Positions 13,548 to 24,300 of a stretch of DNA of 40,142 nucleotides are shown piece by piece. The stretch lies in assembly GCA_032718475.1 (NCBI GenBank), contig JAUCBJ010001065.1:1-40142 (forward strand). Direction: 5' to 3'. The number at the start of each line of letters is the position of its first letter. Position 1 is the stretch's first letter. The notes below the pieces were generated by a model that made no database searches, had not been told where the DNA came from, and saw only the letters and a program-made list of their open reading frames with translations. The DNA is from Nemertoderma westbladi (Eukaryota > Animalia > Xenacoelomorpha). The position numbers were made by a program, and so were the translations under genes.

Positions 13548-14485
13548 AGGTCTGTAATTACAAGGTTCTACTATACTATTCTTTTTGTACAGAGGAACAA
13601 CCTTAGCTAATTTCAGTTCGTCTGGTACTACATTATCTACGATAGAGTAATTAATAATAAAAGTAATAGGCACTTTAAGAACTTCAGCACCATCCTTAAG
13701 AAAACGGACAGGCATTAGTCTAGACCGGTACTTTTTGAGGCTGATAGGCTAAGTAGATTTTGGAAAACGAAATCCTCAGAAACGGGTTCTAAAAATAACT
13801 TTTCTGAATTTTGTAACTTGTCTAAATAAAAATTATTTAGAGTTTCGGACCCTATAGGCCCTACTATATTTATTACTTGATAACGGTAACTTCTCAACTA
13901 AATTAGAGGCAACATTAGTAAAATAATTATTAAATAAATTAATAACTAGAGTATGATCATGAATCAGCACACCGTTTTCTTGCAGAACAATATTCGATTT
14001 AGATTTAAGGTTTTTACTGTATAACCTAAAGATTTTAGGGTAGACCATAGACTTTTAGGATTATCTTTATTCTCACTTATTTTGTTGTACAAATATTCAG
14101 ATTTAGCGGTTTTTGTTTCCTGTTGAACAAGGTTTCTATACTTGCAGTAATTAATATAATCAGCTGAAACACGGAATTTCCTATATTTATACAAATAGTT
14201 ATATCTTTCTCTGATATTACTAAGAATACCCGAGGTCATCCAGGGTTCAGTGCGTTGTTTAAGACTAATTTCTTTAATTGGTGCTACAGTATTAAGTGCC
14301 TTTAGAAACATACCTTTAAAAACAGTGTACGCAAGGTTAATGGCAGCGGCCTTAAAACAGGGTTTTCAGTCAGAATTAATTAACAAACTTAAAAAGCGTT
14401 CCTTGCTGTAATTTTACATAGACCTAACTGTTACTGTTTTATGATCCCCGAAAAAAAATTTTGTGTCTTTCTTGTGCAGAAACTG
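13548..14485 (-). pseudogene. Decayed non-LTR retrotransposon (CR1/L2-like) ORF2 fragment: linker region and start of the reverse transcriptase
   Basis: Frameshifted minus-strand pieces read HKTVTVRSM*NYSKERF... FLKALNTVAPIKEISLKQRTEPWMT... YCKYRNLV... NPKSLWSTLK... FNNYFTNVA... FLEPVSEDFV..SKSTGLD / MPVRFLKDGAEVLKVPITFIINYS...PDELKLAKVVPLYKK...NYRP. NYRP is at 13548-13559, where the fragment is truncated. These are typical LINE ORF2 motifs, with stops and frameshifts. Confidence 0.9.
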
Positions 14486-14499
14486 GACGCAAATTGGCC

Positions 14500-14700
14500 A
14501 ATTGGCGAATTAATATCCCGTCTCAATGTTAAATTTTCAATTTAGGGAAATGAGCAGGGTAAAGTGGCACGATATTTTAACCAAAACAATAAACTAAACA
14601 CAATAGAACATGTTACAGTTTATTTTTGAGAGTAATCAACTGTTATTTGCGTCGAATTTCCCCTGGAGAGGGATGAATTTTTATTGCGTCGAGTTTCCCC
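14500..14700 (-). repeat. Dispersed repeat copy, inverted relative to the copies at ~29760 and ~34130
   Basis: The reverse complement reads TCTCCAGGGGAAATTCGACGCAAATAACAGTTGATTA...GTTTATTGTTTTGGTTA...CTAAATTGA, matching 29769-29910 and 34137-34280. Confidence 0.8.
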
Positions 14701-15997
14701 CCCTATCTGGTCACGGGAAGACAGGTAACACGCTGGTTGTAGTGTTGAGTGAGTCTCAGTAAATCCAATGGTTGGGGTGGGTTGTCTGTTGGGAACTCCG
14801 AACTGGTCATCATAACATTAATTGTGCTTTCGCCAAGGCTGCATTGCATGGTAGGCGAGGTTTACTTACATATTGATTGCGATTGATGTTGAATTGATTG
14901 GGGATTATCATTTAGTTTTTCGGTTTTGTTGTCTTATAGACCGTCTTATTATAGCCAGCTTGCTGACTTCTTGCAATCTTTACTACTTGGTGATTTGTGC
15001 GACCATAAGGATTCCCGTTATTATTTATATTGTGGTGTGATCGGATATTTACATTGAATCTATATAAACCAACACAAGACTAAGCTATTTGCAAAACAGT
15101 TAAAACATAGGTACTATGCGTAAGCGCAGCCGAACTAACTCTCCTTACCTCCCATTAGCCAAACAAACACAGAGAGGGAAACTAGGCTACAACATGTCCT
15201 GGAATATATTGTCATATATATAATATATAATAAAAAGTATATGTATAATAATTTATAAACTTTTTAATTAACAATATTATAATTATTGCAAACTTAAGTA
15301 ACAGTATTAATGAATTAGCAATTAATATGCATATACAATAGGTACATACTGCCAAATGTGTATATATATATATATATATATATGCCTATAGATAATAAAG
15401 ATCTACCGGATATAATACGATATATATATATGGTGTTTCACATAAGTTGTAAGATATCAGTTAAAATCATTTAATTTGAAAATACGGAAATATTACCTAA
15501 GTTTACATAACATATCACGTAGTAATGCATAATTTATACGGCCAGTTTGAATCAATTAACTTCCATTTAGGCACACATCGTAGTAGGACTACCTTGAATG
15601 CATATGGTTTAAGTAGTTGCAATACAGACGCACTACAAAAACGTCTCGCACTGTAATATTATTGGAAGTAAAATATAGCTTATCTAAAACATTGAGTATA
15701 AGTGATTAAAACTTACAATATATTAGCGACATTATAAAATAATAATAACAAATATGATATACCATAAAGTATATTTATAATTTATAAACTTTTTAATTAA
15801 CAAAATTATATTTATTGCAAACATAAGTAACAGTATTAGTTAATTAGCAATATGCATATACAATAGGTACATACTCCTAATATACTGTGAATATATATGT
15901 ATAGATAATAAAGTAATATCACACCACGGGATATAATGTAAATACTATTTTAGGTATTTTATTTACATATTATATATATATATATATATTACATATA

Positions 15998-16407
15998 ATT
16001 TTGAGTTGAACGAATTATGTTTTTGACAGACCAATATCAAGCAAGTAAAATTATTTGGAAACAGAGAAACAACATGTTCCTATCTGTTCAACCGTAAGTA
16101 GTCATCGTTTTATTTAAGCAGGGACACAAAGCGCAACCCTGTTTAAATACTGTAAGTAAAATTATCACATTGGTTACATTTTTGCATATGTGTTTCGCCG
16201 GGATTTGGCTCATCAGCTACACTAACCCGTGCAGGACACATGTTAATCCAACTAACTACACCAAAACCCAGCTAAACACACACACATACATAATAAACAA
16301 AATAGTATTGCATTCCAGATCAAATAAGCAATCATTTCCTTAGCAACACTATATGAGATAATTTGTCTAGTGCATGGTTGCTAATTATAATTAATATATA
16401 ATAACTA
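15998..16407 (-). mobile_element. Small hammerhead-bearing insertion (retrozyme or Penelope-LTR-like)
   Basis: The segment is absent from the neighbouring repeat copy, is flanked by the direct repeat ATATATATTACATATA (15982-15997 and 16408-16423) within (TA)n, and contains a hammerhead. The flanking repeat is low complexity, so the TSD call is tentative. Confidence 0.55.
16188..16241 (-). ncRNA. Type III hammerhead ribozyme
   Basis: The minus strand reads AUGUG-UC^CUGCAC-GGGUUA-GUGUAG-CUGAUGA-GCC-AAAUCCC-GGC-GAA-ACACAU. It has an intact core (CUGAUGA, GAAA, GUC cleavage triplet), a 6 bp stem I, a 3 bp stem II, a 6 bp stem III and complementary loops (GGG/CCC). Confidence 0.88.
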
Positions 16408-17097
16408 ATATATATTACATATATATATTATTATTTTTCATGTTTTAAGGAATCAGTAAAAATCATTTTATTTGAAAATGCGGAAATATGACCTAACTCT
16501 GTGGTTATGACATCAGGTAGTAACGCATACAGCCAGTTTGAATATATTTACTTCCATTGAGGCACACATCGTAAGGACTACCTTGAATGCGTATGGTTTA
16601 AGTGTTGCATTTTGGTATAAAATAACAATACAAACGCACTATAAAAACGTCTCGCACTGTAATATTATTGGAAGTAAAATATAGTTTATCTATAACATCG
16701 AGTATAAGTGATGAAAACTTACAATGTATTACGACATTATAAAATAATAATAAAAAATATGATAATACCATATCTTTATAATATAACATATTGGTATTTA
16801 AAAACATTTAGACAGAATGGCTATATGAAAAATAAAAAATGTAACCATGTTTGTCGAGTACGGGATGGGTACATGTAAGGTATTCATTATTAGACCCACC
16901 TAAATGTGGTTAACCAACCCCCCCCCCCCCCCCCCCCCACACCACCGCTCCCTATAACACCACATCATCTGTAATAATATATTTATTTAGTTGAATTTAC
17001 TTTTTTACATGTATTAATTAATTAAAAATAGTCCGAAGTTTTCTCGTGCAAGCTGGATTGTTATTGACAACCATGTGAGTGAATTTACAACCATGTA

Positions 17098-18563
17098 GCC
17101 GTGTACCACAATGTTCCTTATGCGAATGGGCGAATGTACGACCTTTGCCGTGTACCACAATGTTCATTATGTAAATGGGTTAATGTACAACCTTTGCTGT
17201 GTACCGCAATGTCATTATGCAAATGGGTTAATGTACAACCTTTGTCGTGTACCACAATGTTCATTATGCAAATGGGAGAATGTACGACCTTTGCCGTGTA
17301 CCGCAATGTTCATTATGTAAATGGGTTAATGTACAACCTTTGCTGTGTACCGCAATGTTCATTATGCAAATGGGTTAATGTACAACCTTTGCTGTGTACC
17401 ACAATGTTCATTATGCAAATGGGTTAATGTACGACCTTTGCCGTGTACCACAATGTTCATTATGCAAATGGGAGAATGTACGACCTTTGCCGTGTACCGC
17501 AATGTTCATTATGTAAATGGGTTAATGTACAACCTTTGCTGTGTACCGCAATGTTCATTATGTAAATGGGTTAATGTACAAACTTTGCTGTGTATCACAA
17601 TGTTAATTATGCAAATGGGTTAATGTACAACCTTTGCTGTGTACCACAATGTTCATTATGCAAATGGGTGGATGTACAACCTTTGCTGTGTACCACAATG
17701 TTCATTATGCAAATGGGTTAATGTACAACCTTTGCTGTGTACCACAATGTTCATTATGCAAATGGGTGGATGTACAACCTTTGCTGTGTACCACAATGTT
17801 CATTATGCAAATGGGTTAATGTACAACCTTTGCTGTGTACCACAATGTTCATTATGCAAATGGGTGGATGTACAACCTTTGCTGTGTACCACAATGTTCA
17901 TTATGCAAATGGGTGAATGTACAACCTTTGCTGTGTACCACAATGTTCATTATGCAAATGGGTTAATGTACGACCTTTGCCGTGTACCACAATGTTCATT
18001 ATGCAAATGGGAGAATGTACGACCTTTGCCGTGTACCGCAATGTTCATTATGTAAATGGGTTAATGTACAACCTTTGCTGTGTACCGCAATGTTCATTAT
18101 GTAAATGGGTTAATGTACAACCTTTGCTGTGTACCACAATGTTAATTATGCAAATGGGTTAATGTACAACCTTTGCTGTGTACCACAATGTTCATTATGC
18201 AAATGGGTGGATGTACAACCTTTGCTGTGTACCACAATGTTCATTATGCAAATGGGTTAATGTACAACCTTTGCTGTGTTCCACAATGTTCATTATGCAA
18301 ATAGGTTAATGTACAACCTTTGCTGTGTACCACAATGTTCATTATGCAAATGGGTTAATGTACAACCTTTGCCGTGTACCACAATGTTTATTATGCAAAT
18401 GGGTTAATGTGCAACTTTTGCTGTGTACCACAATGTTCATTATGCAAATGGGTGAATGTACAATATTTGCCGTGTACCACAATTTTCCTTATCCAAATGT
18501 GTTAATGTACCACTGTTGCTGTGTTTCTCAACACAATGTTCCTTATGCTAATGGGTAAATGTA
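17098..18563. repeat. 49 bp tandem satellite (~30 copies)
   Basis: Consensus GTGTACCACAATGTTCATTATGCAAATGGGTTAATGTACAACCTTTGCT, period 49 (17101, 17150...). Copies are more diverged at both ends. Confidence 0.97.
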
Positions 18564-18607
18564 CTAAAAAGTTCTAGAACTTCCCGTAGTGAGTGACAAG
18601 AACTAAT

Positions 18608-19135
18608 GTTCCAGAATATTACAGGTTCCAGATTACTACCAGCGCGGCATACACTACAACTGGTAATAAACTGGAATGGAATGGTAATAAAATAAATTAC
18701 TTGAGAATTTATTTGATACGGTTAGTGAGTGACATGAACTAATGTGGGACGAGCCACGCAGTCAGGGCTAGCCTTGGCGCACAATTATTATTAGTAAATA
18801 GGGCAAAATTTCATGTCTGTCTGTCTATCTGTCTGTCTGTCTGTAATTAAAAATGCATACGTAAACAACTTTTGTAGATTTTAACCATTTTCAACCAAAT
18901 TCTGTAAGGGCATACTAGAGAAGAAAAAGATCAAATATTTTTGAAAGTTACGGGAAAATATCTCTCGAACTTTTGACTCCAGTTCAAATCTAATTTGTTT
19001 TGAACTTGCTCAAGTTCGCGTACTGCGACACCCCACGAACGTGTTCCAGAATACTACAGGTTCCAGATTATTACCAGCGCGGCATACACTACAACTGGTA
19101 ATAAACTGGAATGGAATGGTAGTAAAATAAATTTA
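18608..19135 (+). repeat. ~90 bp direct repeat pair (18608-18698 and 19043-19133)
   Basis: GTTCCAGAATA(T/C)TACAGGTTCCAGATTA(C/T)TACCAGCGCGGCATACACTACAACTGGTAATAAACTGGAATGGAATGGTA occurs twice, bracketing the left inverted-repeat arm. Confidence 0.9.
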
Positions 19136-21274
19136 TTTAAAATGGTTAGATACATGAGTCATGGTTCCTGTCTCTAGTCAGGGCGCGCAATGCTCGACCC
19201 AAAACTACAGCAGTCCCCATGACTCAAAAAATAAAAAAAATAAAAAGAATAGAAGAAAAAGAGATATAGGCATAGGGTATATGAGTCATGGTTTCTGTCT
19301 CTAGTCAGAGCGCGCAATGCTCGACTCAAAACTATAGCAGTCCCCATGACTCATAAAAAAAAAAAATAAAAAGAATAGGAGAAGAAAAAGAGATATAGGC
19401 ATAGGGTTATGAGTCATGGTTCCTGTCTCTAGTCAGAGCGCGCAATGCTCGACTCAAAACTATAGCAGTCCCCATGACTCATAAATAAAAAAAAATAAAA
19501 AGAATAGGAGTAGAAAAAGAGATATAGGCATAGGGTATATGAGTCATGGTTCCTGTCTCTAGTCAGAGCGCGCAATGCTCGACTCAAAACTAGAGCAGTC
19601 CCCATGACTCATAAAATAAAAAAAAATAAAAAGAATAGGAGAAGAAAAAGAGATATAGGCATAGGGTTATGAGTCATGGTTCCTGTCTCTAGTCAGAGCG
19701 CGCAATGCTCGACTCAAAACTATAGCAGTCCCCATGACTCATAAATAAAAAAAAATAAAAAGAATAGGAGTAGAAAAAGAGATATAGGCATAGGGTATAT
19801 GAGTCATGGTTCCTGTCTCTAGTCAGAGCGCGCAATGCTCGACTCAAAACTAGAGCAGTCCCCATGACTCATAAAATAAAAAAAAATAAAAAGAATAGGA
19901 GAAGAAAAAGAGATATAGGCATAGGGTTATGAGTCATGGTTCCTGTCTCTAGTCAGAGCGGGCAATGCTCGACTCAAAACTAGAGCAGTCCCCATGACTC
20001 ATAAAATAAAAAAAAGAATATGAGTAGAAAAATAGATATAGGCATAGGGTTATGAGTCATGGTTCCTGTCTCTAGTCAGAGCGGGCAATGCTCGACTCAA
20101 AACTAGAGCGATTCCCCATGACTCATAAAATAAAAAAAAATACAAAGAATATGAGTAGAAAAAGAGATATAGGCATAGGGTTATGAGTCATGGTTCCTGT
20201 CTCTAGTCAGAGCGCGCAATGCTCGACTCAAAACTAGAGCAGTCCCCATGACTCATAAAATAAAAAAAAATACAAAGAATATGAGTAGAAAAAGAGATAT
20301 AGGCATAGGGTTATGAGTCATGGTTCCTGTCTCTAGTCAGAGCGCGCAATGCTCGACTCAAAACTAGAGCAGTCCCCATGACTCATAAAATAAAAAAAAG
20401 AATATGAGTAGAAAAAGAGATATAGGCATAGGGTTATGAGTCATGGTTCCTGTCTCTAGTCAGAGCGGGCAATGCTCGACTCAAAACTAGAGCATTCCCC
20501 ATGACTCATAAAATAAAAAAAAATACAAAGAATATAAGTAGAAAAAGAGATATAGGCATAGGGTTATGAGTCATGGTTCCTGTCTCTAGTCAGAGCGCGC
20601 AATGCTCGACTCAAAACTAGAGCAGTCCCCATGACTCATAAAATAAAAAAAAATACAAAGAATATGAGTAGAAAAAGAGATATAGGCATAGGGTTATGAG
20701 TCATGGTTCCTGCCTCTAGTCAGAGCGCGCAATGCTCGACTCAAAACTATAGCAGTCCCCATGACTCATAAATAAAAAAAAAATAAAAAGAATAGGAGAA
20801 GAAAAAGAGATATAGACATAGGGTATATGAGTCATGGTTCCTGTCTCTAGTCAGAGCGCGCAATGCTCGACTCAAAACTATAGCAGTCCCCATGACTCAT
20901 AAAATAAAAAATAAAATAAAAAATAAAATAAAATGAGAACAAAATAGAAATAGACAGTTCTGAGTTAGCCAAGTTCTAGTTCAAGCCAAGCTTGAAACAA
21001 GTTCGATTTGATCTGGAGTCAAAAGTTCGAAAGGTATTTGCCTGCAACTTAAAAAAATATTGGAACTTTTTCTCTAGTATACCCATACAAATTATGCTTG
21101 AAAATGGTTAAAATCTTCAAAAGTTATTTACGAATGAATTTTTCATTACAGACGGACCGACAGACAGACGGACAGACAGGCAGACGGACAGATAGGCGGA
21201 CGGACATGAAATGTTGCTCTATTTACTAATTATAATGCTCTATGGCTCTCCCTGACTGCGTGGCTCGCACCACA
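18743..21274. mobile_element. Foldback-like cassette: ~270 bp imperfect inverted repeats (18743-19010 and 20987-21274) enclosing the 130 bp array
   Basis: The left arm TGTGGGACGAGCCACGCAGTCAGGG...TTAGTAAATAG..CATGTC(TGTC)n...CGAACTTTTGACTCCAG matches the reverse complement of the right arm. The (TGTC)n tract resembles those in Helitron/HINE-type ends. Confidence 0.75.
19153..20935. repeat. Array of 14 hairpin-forming ~130 bp units, each with two ATGA(G/C)TCA AP-1 sites and an A-rich linker
   Basis: ATGAGTCATGG starts at 19154, 19281, 19409, 19539, 19669, 19799, 19929, 20052, 20183, 20313, 20436, 20566, 20696 and 20827. The unit core is TATGAGTCATGG...CCATGACTCATA (12 bp inverted repeat) with nested CTCTAGT/ACTAGAG and GAGC/GCTC stems. 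Confidence 0.95.
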
Positions 21275-21334
21275 ACCCTTGCCATGTACCACAACACAAT
21301 GTTCATTATGCAAATGTGTGAATGTACAACCTTT
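21275..21334. repeat. Orphan monomer of the 49 bp satellite
   Basis: CCTTGCCATGTACCACAACACAATGTTCATTATGCAAATGTGTGAATGTACAACCTTT lies immediately right of the inverted-repeat cassette. Confidence 0.9.
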
Positions 21335-21396
21335 AATTTAACCAAATAATGTAAGTAGCCCCCCCCCCCCCCCCCACAAGTGAAATTTGTAAAATA

Positions 21397-24300
21397 TTAG
21401 TTATTTAATACTTTTACTACCCGCAGTCCCAAGTTCTCTCGTCTAGACATCTGGATGGTAATTTCTAGAACTTCAGTTAATGACATATTTCGTTTCAAGC
21501 GGTACAGAATAGCAATTTGTAGAGACTTTCTAACGTCTATATTTGTTTCCTCGAATCCGTTCCCAGGGAAACCAGTAACGAAAGCATACGGTTGCCATGG
21601 TTGTAAATTTTGGTTTTCTGACCGGTTTGGCCATTGGCCCAACCGATGTTCAAGGAGTGCCTTTCTTAGATTCGCTGCCTCTCCTATATATGTTTCCTCA
21701 GGGAAAGGGACACTGACCAAAATATATAGAAACCCACAGGAATCATCTGGTATTTGAATATCCATTGCAAAACAATGGCGCGGTTGTACTAATGGTGGTG
21801 GGTGAGATAACACAGGAACAGGGGCTGGTCCCGATGGTTGTTGACCCTCAATGGGTAGTGTAATAACATTTAATTTATTTATCATGTCGCTTATGTGGTG
21901 CTCGATTGGTTGGTTCTTTTTTATCAATATTCTTATTTGCAGCAATGTTTCCTCTTTAGGACCAACAAAATATAGGAACCGCAAATAATGAGGTCGTGAA
22001 ATGGTCACGTGGAGTTGCTGTTTCAGCCACATACACCAAATAGAATCCTGGCGACCTATCTTTGTTGCAACACATGGGCATGTCTCACCCAAAATTCTGT
22101 GGACAGTGCATGCGGCTACATGCTGTACTGGCCACTGCTCCCTTCTCGCTTTCTGGAGATCAGTCCCAACTCTGACTTCTGGAGTTACATGTAAACCAAG
22201 GGATATAAGAGGGTAGATTTCTAAATTATCAAAATCCACAATACCATGGGCAAAGGGAATGAGGCGGCAGATTATATGTTGGTCCTCGGGTGTTGGGAGT
22301 CGTTCGATGACAACTAGTTGACCTTGGGAGAATGTATGTCTACCAGTGGTACCATTGTATGTAATTCGCATTATGGTTCCAACAGGAATTAATATCTCCT
22401 TGGCTTCTCTCACCTCATTATCTAGTATCTTTGATACCCTCGGTGAAGCATCAACCCAGTTACCAACATGGTTTTCCATTTCATCCTTGGATGTATATTC
22501 TATCGCCACAATGTTTGGGTCTTGTTGGAGGGAGTCCAGGAAGAGCCGAGTTGCTTCTCGTTCAGCTGGCCGTTTACCAACAACTCTCACACATTCCTTT
22601 GGAACGTCATTCCAAGTATCTACAAACTGGCAATGGGTGGAAAGGAGGAAAATTATACGGTCTTCATCTTCCTGGGATAACGGGTGCTTCCTAAAAAGTT
22701 CTAGAACTTCCCGTAGAGCAGGGTCACCTGCAGATCGTACATAGACTGACAACTTTGCAACCTGAAAAACAGAAAGGAATTGTGGAGACAACCATATCTG
22801 GGTACCTTGAATGGGTGGCAGTTGTTCGTGGTCACCGCTTGCAAGAATTAATTTGCCTCCAAATGGCAACTGAGTTTTTGTAATCTTTTTCAAAACATGA
22901 TCCAGAACAGCCAAAAGCTCGCCACTTAGCAGTCCTATCTCCTCTATGAGGATAACATCCAGGCGTTGGAGAATGGCATATTTTTTAGATGATTTTGCCA
23001 AATTGTAAAGTGATTCCTCAGATAATTTAGATATTTCCAAACCTTTGGAGCCAGAATTTCCAGACAATGACAATAAGGAGTGCAAATGTACACCTCCAAG
23101 TTCTCTCGCCTTATTACTTGTCAATGCTGTCAGACAAACTCGTAGTCCTTTTGATACTGCAAAGGCGCCAGCCAACTGTAAAGTTCGAGTTTTACCAGTT
23201 CCTGGCGGACCTACAATTATGATAGGTTTAACAAATGTTATTGTTGGTGTTAAATAATCTTTGATAGATTTACAGCATAGAGTCAATGTTTGTTTCTGTT
23301 CATCTACCGATGTTAATGGCTGTGAAGGATGACGGGTGATTTCGGGCTCCCATTGTAATGGATTTTCTCTTGTGGCAGTTGCCAACTCTGCAGCGGGAAT
23401 ATTTAGTTGTTTTTCTACAAAACCTTTAATTATGCTGTTTTTCATTGCTGCCTCCTCTCTAATAACTTCGGCCGAAGCAGCTTCTCTAAATAACGACTCC
23501 TGTACAATGGGTAGTGTTGTGTACTGTAGGTTACCACCACTCAAAAATGCGGTTAGTACAGAGTCGGCTGTGTGGAGGGATTTTTCTAGCTGTCTTGTAG
23601 AAATTGGATAGTGACCCAACTGTTCCAAAACGTATTTCCTCCGAAGGTTGAGAGAGTCCTGATTTGTCACATTATTCCAGTCCGGTATCAATTTAGATAA
23701 ACTGAAACTTTCCAGAAAACATGAAGTGGAGAACAGATCAAGTTCGGTTTGAAAATGTCCCAGGGATAACATTAGGTGTATCAGGAATTTCTCGGTTTGG
23801 AATGGGGTTATGCTTGTGAACACAACTATAACTGGTTTTGTGTCCCGGGTGTTTACAAACCGTGTGATAAACTCTTTATTATTATTAGAGATTGGCTCAA
23901 ATATTTCCTGTAAAAGGTTTATGGCAAGAGGGTCATTTGAATCGACTTTGTGTTGCAGAAATGCCATTGCATTTGTAATTCCGGACGCACGAAGTAAAAC
24001 ACGCCGGCCTAGTCCATCAACCCAAATGCATTCACCGATTTGTAGGTCCAACTCGTAATTATTACGAATATAGGAAAAGGTGAAGCACTTTGTATAAACT
24101 TCAATGGTGTCAAAGAGAAGGAGTTCTGGTGGACGCAGATTAAACTTGGTAATCCTATCAGCACTGAATGAACTTTCGATGTAATCCGTTATTAGTAGTT
24201 CTTGGGATGGAGTAAACTGTCTGCTGGCAGGTAAATGGGCCCGTTTCAAGACCGGAAGTAATTCTTCATCCTCTCCAGCAACCAACAATGCTTTCTTTTT

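Larger units (their letters stand above)
15228..16790. repeat. Diverged AT-rich tandem duplication (~535 bp unit) interrupted by a ~410 bp insertion
   Basis: 15230-15410 is similar to 15765-15935, and 15456-15765 is similar to 16452-16770 (shared GCCAGTTTGAAT...GGCACACATCGTA...GGACTACCTTGAATGC...AAAACGTCTCGCACTGTAATATTATTGGAAG). Confidence 0.8.

Noticed and set aside
17101-18558. Cys-rich ORFs in the 49 bp satellite
   Set aside because: The unit length is not a multiple of 3; these are repeat translation artefacts.
19153-20935. CRISPR array
   Set aside because: The linkers are near-identical A-rich sequence rather than unique spacers, there are no cas genes, and the context is eukaryotic.
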